From Thermoproteota archaeon (lineage in GTDB: Archaea > Thermoproteota > Thermoprotei > Thermofilales > B9-G17): a DNA stretch of 64,000 nucleotides. The notes below the pieces were generated by a model. That model ran no database searches and was not told where the DNA came from. It saw nothing but the letters and a program-made list of their open reading frames with translations. Numbering within the stretch: position 1 is the stretch's first letter; each line of letters begins with the position of its first letter. Below are positions 59,237-64,000 of this stretch, one piece after another. The DNA lies in NCBI GenBank assembly GCA_029258885.1, contig JAPDJW010000009.1, positions 1-64,000 of the forward strand, in the 5' to 3' direction. The position numbers were made by a program, and so were the translations under genes.

Positions 59237-61954
59237 TTACTTCTTTTTATTTATGAATTTATGTTTATGTCGGAAGATAATGTAAATAGCTATAGTAAGG
59301 ACTATTACTGTGGCTGATATGTAAATGTAGGGTGAGAGAGTTTTTCTCCATTTAGCCTCTATGGTCATGGGAGAGTTGACGGTAATGTTAAGCGTAGGGG
59401 AGCTTGTTGTCATTTTGCTGTTGATGTACCATCCCTCGAATACTATATCGTATGGGAAGCCAGGGTAATACGTAGTATTCACCTTTAATGAAATTATGGA
59501 TCCCTCATCGTACCATCCGGAGACTGAAACATAGCCGTACTCGGATACAACTTTAACGTAGTACTGCTTCCTCCACATGGCTTTAAGCGTGTAAGGTTTA
59601 TCCACGGTAAACGTAAGGTTTAGACTAGTGGATACAATGCTATTATTCACCATCCATCCAGTGAAAACCACCCTAGTATCATTTCCATAGTCGATTGTAG
59701 AGGGGGATAAACTTACCGTAGCGATAGAGTCTTCATCATACCATCCTGAACCCGATATATTACCGTATCTTGACGTAGCGTTAACGTAGTATTGTCTCCT
59801 AAATATAGGCTTTAAAAGTACGTTATCCGTTAAATTCACTATCCTGAATGTAGAGGTTGAGCCATCGCTCCATTTAATGAAAATATGCTTAGTGTTATTT
59901 ATTATATAAACTGGTTCAATAGATATATTGTAGCATCCCCTAGGCAGTATAGTGCAGGAGCCATAGCATTTTGCTCCATTAACGTAGAAGTAGAAGCCCT
60001 TAAAGACGTCGGTGAAGATGAGTTGAACCCCGCCGAAAACCCCGTAATAGTAGTCGCCGCCAAAAGCCAGTAATCCATCACGCCAACTAACCGAGTAGAC
60101 CCAGCCTTTCACCCAGTATTTCCACTTTAAATTACCATCCGCGTCGAAGAGATAAAGATAGCCATCACAGCCTCCAACCGCCAGCAAGCCATAGATATTC
60201 CATGCAACGCATTTAATACACTCCTCCGTCTCATATTTCCACTTTAAATTACCATCCGCATCGAAGACATAGACATAGTGGTCGCAACTACCCACTGCCA
60301 ATAGATTACTATTACTCCATGCAACACACCAAACCCACCCTTCTGTCCTATACTTCCACCTTAAATTGCCGTTTTCATCAAATACGTATATATGGCTGTC
60401 AAAGCTACCAACAGCCAATAAACCATTATTGCTCCATGAAACACACTCAACACGGCTATTAGTCTTATACCTCCATTTTAAGTCACCCTTCTCATTAAAA
60501 ACATAGACATAGTGATCATCGCTTCCCACTGCCAGAAGGTTATTATTGCTCCAAGCAACGCAGTAGATAGGGCCATTTGCCTTATACTTCCACTTTAAAT
60601 TGCTGTAGGCATCGAACACATAGACGTAACCATCCCAACTTCCCACAGCCAGCAGATTATTGCTACTCCACACCACGCATTCAACATGGTCCCCTGTCCT
60701 ATATTTCCACTCTAAACCGCCATCAACGTTAAAAACGTAGACGTAGTTATCCCAGCTTCCAGCAGCTAGCAGACCGTTACTGCTCCATGCAACGCATTTA
60801 ACGTAATTATCTACCCTATACTTCCATTTTAAACTACCATAGGAGTCGAAGACGTAGATATGGCTATCAAGACCGCCCGCTGCCAGCAGGCCACCACTAC
60901 CCCATACGATACAGGAAATAGAACCTCCTGTCTCATACTTTGTTTTCAATGCACCATGGCCGTTGAATATGTAGACGTAGCCGTCCCAGCTACCAGCCGC
61001 CAGAAGATCATTATTGTTCCATGCAATACATGCGATATCTCCTCCTGACTTATATTTCCACTTTAAATTGCCCCACGAATCAAACACATATACGTAATTA
61101 TTCCAGCATCCTACAGCAAGCATGCCGCTGTTACTCCATGCAAGACAGTAGACGGGTTCATCCATCTTACACTTCCACTTTGGATTACCCTCCGAATCAA
61201 TTACGTAGATGCAGAAATTGCTTCCTACAGCAAGCAAATTACTGCTACTCCACATAATACAGTAAATAGGTCTTCCCAACTCATACTTCCACTTTAAATC
61301 ACCACTGGAGCTAAGGACGTAGACACGTCCATTAAGGCTCCCAATAGCCACTAATTCATTGTTGCTCCATGCAATACGGTGAATAGGTCCATTTATCCGA
61401 TACTTCCATTTCAAATTGCCCTCAGCATCAAAGACATAGACGTATCTATCCCAGCCCCCAGCGGCAAGCAAACTACTGTTACTCCATGTAACACACTCGA
61501 TATCCTCCTCCGTCTTGTATTTCCACCTCAAATTACCGTAGCTATCGAATACATAGACGTAGTCATCATCGCCTCCAGCAGCAAGTAAATTATCATTGCT
61601 CCATGCAACATACTCAATGCATGCTTCTGCCCTATACTTCCACCTCAAACTACCGTTTACATCAAATACGTAGATGAAGCTATCCATGCTCCCCACAGCC
61701 AGCAGACCATCGTTACTCCATGCAACACATTCAATACGGCCCTCAGCTCTATACTTCCACCTTAAACTACCGTTTACATCAAGCACCAATATGTAGCCGT
61801 TCCTCGTCCCTACAGCCAATAGGTCATTATACCAGCTTAAAGTTAACGGCGTACCAAGTATCTCCACTATCCACATCGGCTGCGGCTGAGCATTCACAAT
61901 CTGAAGCTGCAAAATTACGAAAACAAAGAATATAGCTAATCTCCGCATATCCAC
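59237..61954 (-). CDS. Membrane-anchored WD40/PQQ-like repeat surface protein (16 blades, Ig-like repeats, C-terminal TM)
   Basis: Signal peptide, 15 G.LKWKY units plus an N-terminal blade, two QYY...YG...GWYDE domains, C-terminal TM and basic tail. Confidence 0.92.
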   Translation of the reverse strand: MDMRRLAIFFVFVILQLQIVNAQPQPMWIVEILGTPLTLSWYNDLLAVGTRNGYILVLDVNGSLRWKYRAEGRIECVAWSNDGLLAVGSMDSFIYVFDVNGSLRWKYRAEACIEYVAWSNDNLLAAGGDDDYVYVFDSYGNLRWKYKTEEDIECVTWSNSSLLAAGGWDRYVYVFDAEGNLKWKYRINGPIHRIAWSNNELVAIGSLNGRVYVLSSSGDLKWKYELGRPIYCIMWSSSNLLAVGSNFCIYVIDSEGNPKWKCKMDEPVYCLAWSNSGMLAVGCWNNYVYVFDSWGNLKWKYKSGGDIACIAWNNNDLLAAGSWDGYVYIFNGHGALKTKYETGGSISCIVWGSGGLLAAGGLDSHIYVFDSYGSLKWKYRVDNYVKCVAWSSNGLLAAGSWDNYVYVFNVDGGLEWKYRTGDHVECVVWSSNNLLAVGSWDGYVYVFDAYSNLKWKYKANGPIYCVAWSNNNLLAVGSDDHYVYVFNEKGDLKWRYKTNSRVECVSWSNNGLLAVGSFDSHIYVFDENGNLRWKYRTEGWVWCVAWSNSNLLAVGSCDHYVYVFDADGNLKWKYETEECIKCVAWNIYGLLAVGGCDGYLYLFDADGNLKWKYWVKGWVYSVSWRDGLLAFGGDYYYGVFGGVQLIFTDVFKGFYFYVNGAKCYGSCTILPRGCYNISIEPVYIINNTKHIFIKWSDGSTSTFRIVNLTDNVLLKPIFRRQYYVNATSRYGNISGSGWYDEDSIATVSLSPSTIDYGNDTRVVFTGWMVNNSIVSTSLNLTFTVDKPYTLKAMWRKQYYVKVVSEYGYVSVSGWYDEGSIISLKVNTTYYPGFPYDIVFEGWYINSKMTTSSPTLNITVNSPMTIEAKWRKTLSPYIYISATVIVLTIAIYIIFRHKHKFINKKK
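60060..61780 (-). repeat. Degenerate 117-bp coding repeat array (15 units)
   Basis: First and last WKY codons are 1635 bp apart (14 x 117 - 3; one unit is 38 aa). Confidence 0.9.
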
Positions 61955-62241
61955 CTATAGCATCCTACTAAACCAAATATATATTTTCCTTTACAATCCC
62001 CTATATTCTCTATCGTAGAAATCCTCAATTTTCTCCTTTACTGATTCATCAAAAAGCAACTACACCCCTTCGAAGTAACTTCGCTCCTGTGAAGTAAAAT
62101 TACCTTGAATCATTAGAATGCTTAACTCTAAGATCAGCCTGAGAGTAGCATAACACAGCCTAATACATTGCCATTTAAATAGTTAGATTATTAAAGGATA
62201 TATTTTTCTACATAGCATCTAGTTTTCATAGTGGGATCTCT

Positions 62242-62754
62242 ATGATACTGGGTAGATCTGAGTTGCTTAGACGTTTAAATGATAATCCGCCGCTAATTGA
62301 GGGTCTTATCGACCCCGAAATTCAGGTTCAGCCCGCAGGTATTGAGCTTACCCTAAGGAAAGTCTACAGGATTTGTGGTGCCGGCTCAATAGATTTTGAT
62401 AATAGCGGGAGAATTATACCCAAGTATGAGGAGCTCAAGTTTAACGGTGAGTGGATTCACCTAGGCAGGGGCATCTATATTGTTCAATATAATGAGGTAG
62501 TGAATATGCCGCTCGACCTCGTTGCTATAGCTAGGCCCCGCTCATCCCTAGTCAGGTGTGGTGCAACTGTCGAAACTGCTGTGTGGGATCCGGGCTATAG
62601 GGGTAGAAGTTACTCCCTACTCATAGTATATAATGGGGAGGGTATAAGGTTGAAGAGGAACGCTAGGCTAGTACAGCTAGTTTTTATCAAGGTAATGGGA
62701 GATACAGGTGGAGGCTATAAGGGGGCATACCAGTTCGAGGGATTAAGGAAGTAG
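62242..62754 (+). CDS. dut: Archaeal dUTPase (dCTP deaminase-like fold)
   Basis: QPAGIELT, RSSLVRCG, VWDPGYRG, RLVQLVF, YKGAYQ. Confidence 0.85.
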   Translation: MILGRSELLRRLNDNPPLIEGLIDPEIQVQPAGIELTLRKVYRICGAGSIDFDNSGRIIPKYEELKFNGEWIHLGRGIYIVQYNEVVNMPLDLVAIARPRSSLVRCGATVETAVWDPGYRGRSYSLLIVYNGEGIRLKRNARLVQLVFIKVMGDTGGGYKGAYQFEGLRK

Positions 62755-63138
62755 CTCCTCTATTCTAACGAATTTAGCTCCACCTCTTTCTAGCATCCGT
62801 TTATCGTTTTCAGACATGATGTGTATTTCGAAGGGGTAGAAGAAGGAGACGCCCCTATCTTCCATCCTCCTCCATATCTCATCGATTATTCTAACCCTTT
62901 CCCTGGCGCTCTCCGGGACCTTATCAACTATAATAGCTATATCTATATCGCTATCCACCGTAAGTTCTCCTCTAACAGCTGAGCCGAAGACGTAAACTGG
63001 CCTATTTCCTAGAACCTCTCTCACGGAATCCCTAACTATGGGCAACAGCTTTCTCCATGAAAGCAGCTCCTTAAGCCTTTTAATCCTAGTCTCAAAGTAT
63101 ATATCCTTAGCTGAAGACTTCCCTTTCAATCTTATCAA
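62743..63138 (-). CDS. Minimal nucleotidyltransferase (MNT)
   Basis: YVFGSAVRGE...SDIDI (GSX10DXD). Confidence 0.88.
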   Translation of the reverse strand: MIRLKGKSSAKDIYFETRIKRLKELLSWRKLLPIVRDSVREVLGNRPVYVFGSAVRGELTVDSDIDIAIIVDKVPESARERVRIIDEIWRRMEDRGVSFFYPFEIHIMSENDKRMLERGGAKFVRIEELLP

Positions 63139-63529
63139 CCATATCTATAATTCTCCTAGCGATATTAATGCACTCCTCCGAGTCAAGCCTAGAGTATCCG
63201 GTTAAGAGGTATCTTCCGCCAGTATATGCGTCTTCCAGTAACCTTAAGGAGCTCCTATTTTCACGCATGAAACGTCTAATCTCTTTAACCTTAGGATAAC
63301 CCAGTTTATCTAGCGCGTCCGAGAGTATGCCCAGTATCTCTCTCATGCTATGTGTTCTAGGTAGTGAGCCATATATTCTCAGTATGAGAGATTTTAGGCG
63401 GAGCTGAACAGCTTGTTCGGCAAAGAAGCAGGATAGATCGTATTCTCCCCTCTCTAAGGCTTCAATTGAATACTGTAGGAACTTAGAGGCTCTTTCCCTC
63501 AAAACCCTAACGTGATCATGTGTAGACAT
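63107..63529 (-). CDS. HEPN domain protein (COG2250 type), partner of the MNT
   Basis: YDLSCFFAEQAVQL.LK, PRTH, L.DAY...RY motifs; overlaps the MNT. Confidence 0.88.
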   Translation of the reverse strand: MSTHDHVRVLRERASKFLQYSIEALERGEYDLSCFFAEQAVQLRLKSLILRIYGSLPRTHSMREILGILSDALDKLGYPKVKEIRRFMRENRSSLRLLEDAYTGGRYLLTGYSRLDSEECINIARRIIDMVDKIEREVFS

Positions 63530-63623
63530 GGTTATCTAAATCAAATATATTTAAGAGCTATTTATTTTCTCGCATTAATTATAGAAACGTTTATATTCAA
63601 TGAAACTATCGGTCTGGTGTCGT

Positions 63624-64000
63624 ATGCATGGGAATAACTTAGAGTTGAGGAGGTTTATCAACTTAATACTGCCTGTAGCGCTATTCCTTACAATAGTTAT
63701 AACTCCTAGAGATTTCGCTATCAGCCATAGTTCAAACGGAAATTTTCAGGTAGTTGTCAAGTCGATTACGTGGGAGCCCGAAGACATTACGGTAGGTACC
63801 AGCTTTATAATCAGGATAACTCTGAAGTGTAGCGGCGAAGCCAGATACGTAGAGACACGCTTCTATGTAGTCAAATACTCCCTCGATGGATTAAGCAAGC
63901 CCACCAGGATTTCAACCTTAGTTACGCCGATAATAAATGGGATAGCCAGAATAAACGTTAGCTGGAAGCCCATGTTTCCGGGATTCTATAGGCTGATATT
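63624..64000 (+). CDS. Secreted protein with CARDB/Ig-like domain; runs off the window end
   Basis: Manual translation MHGNNLELRRFINLILPVALFLTIVIT...ITWEPEDITVG...VSWKP..PGFYRL is open to the window edge. Confidence 0.7.
   Translation, partial: MHGNNLELRRFINLILPVALFLTIVITPRDFAISHSSNGNFQVVVKSITWEPEDITVGTSFIIRITLKCSGEARYVETRFYVVKYSLDGLSKPTRISTLVTPIINGIARINVSWKPMFPGFYRLI

Noticed and set aside
2155-62000. Numerous short ORFs in the track lying antisense to or inside confident genes (e.g. 2155-2433, 5267-5794, 17752-18153, 27162-27770, 53753-54202, 57000-57389)
   Set aside because: Fully overlapped by well-supported genes, with no recognisable motifs.
1-64000. tRNA, rRNA, transposase or integrase genes
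   Set aside because: No cloverleaf/T-loop GGTTCRA context, long GC-rich rRNA-like block, or DDE/tyrosine-recombinase motif was recognised by eye; tRNAscan-SE and ISEScan would be decisive.

Overview
Archaeal chromosomal window, probably from a Thermoproteota lineage. This is inferred from the paREP15-like gene, TrpB2, archaeal-type ValRS, GGTGA/GGTGG Shine-Dalgarno sites and box C/D sRNAs. The first ~50 kb is mostly core and peptide-fermentation metabolism: TldD/TldE, IorAB, a BMP-type ABC importer, MFS and ABC transporters, solo Cas4, valS, hypF, an amidohydrolase/TatD/TrmB cluster, trpB2 and two speE paralogs. The region from ~45.7 kb to the end is a variable island. It holds toxin-antitoxin-like genes (HEPN-MNT fusion, HEPN+MNT pair, orphan antitoxins, AAA+/DUF4143 ATPase) and several decaying genes (paREP15-like, Swt1-like HEPN, BNR propeller, WD40 remnant). 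The most striking signal is a family of surface beta-propeller genes built from 117-bp repeats. In the copy at 1-1597 the repeats are nearly identical in DNA but vary at two short, probably ligand-facing patches, and repeat number differs between paralogs (9, 16 and ~2 blades). Outside the ORF track I found two box C/D sRNA candidates, a tandem palindromic operator, a MITE-like inverted repeat and two edge-truncated ORFs. No rRNA, tRNA, CRISPR array, transposase or reverse transcriptase was recognised.
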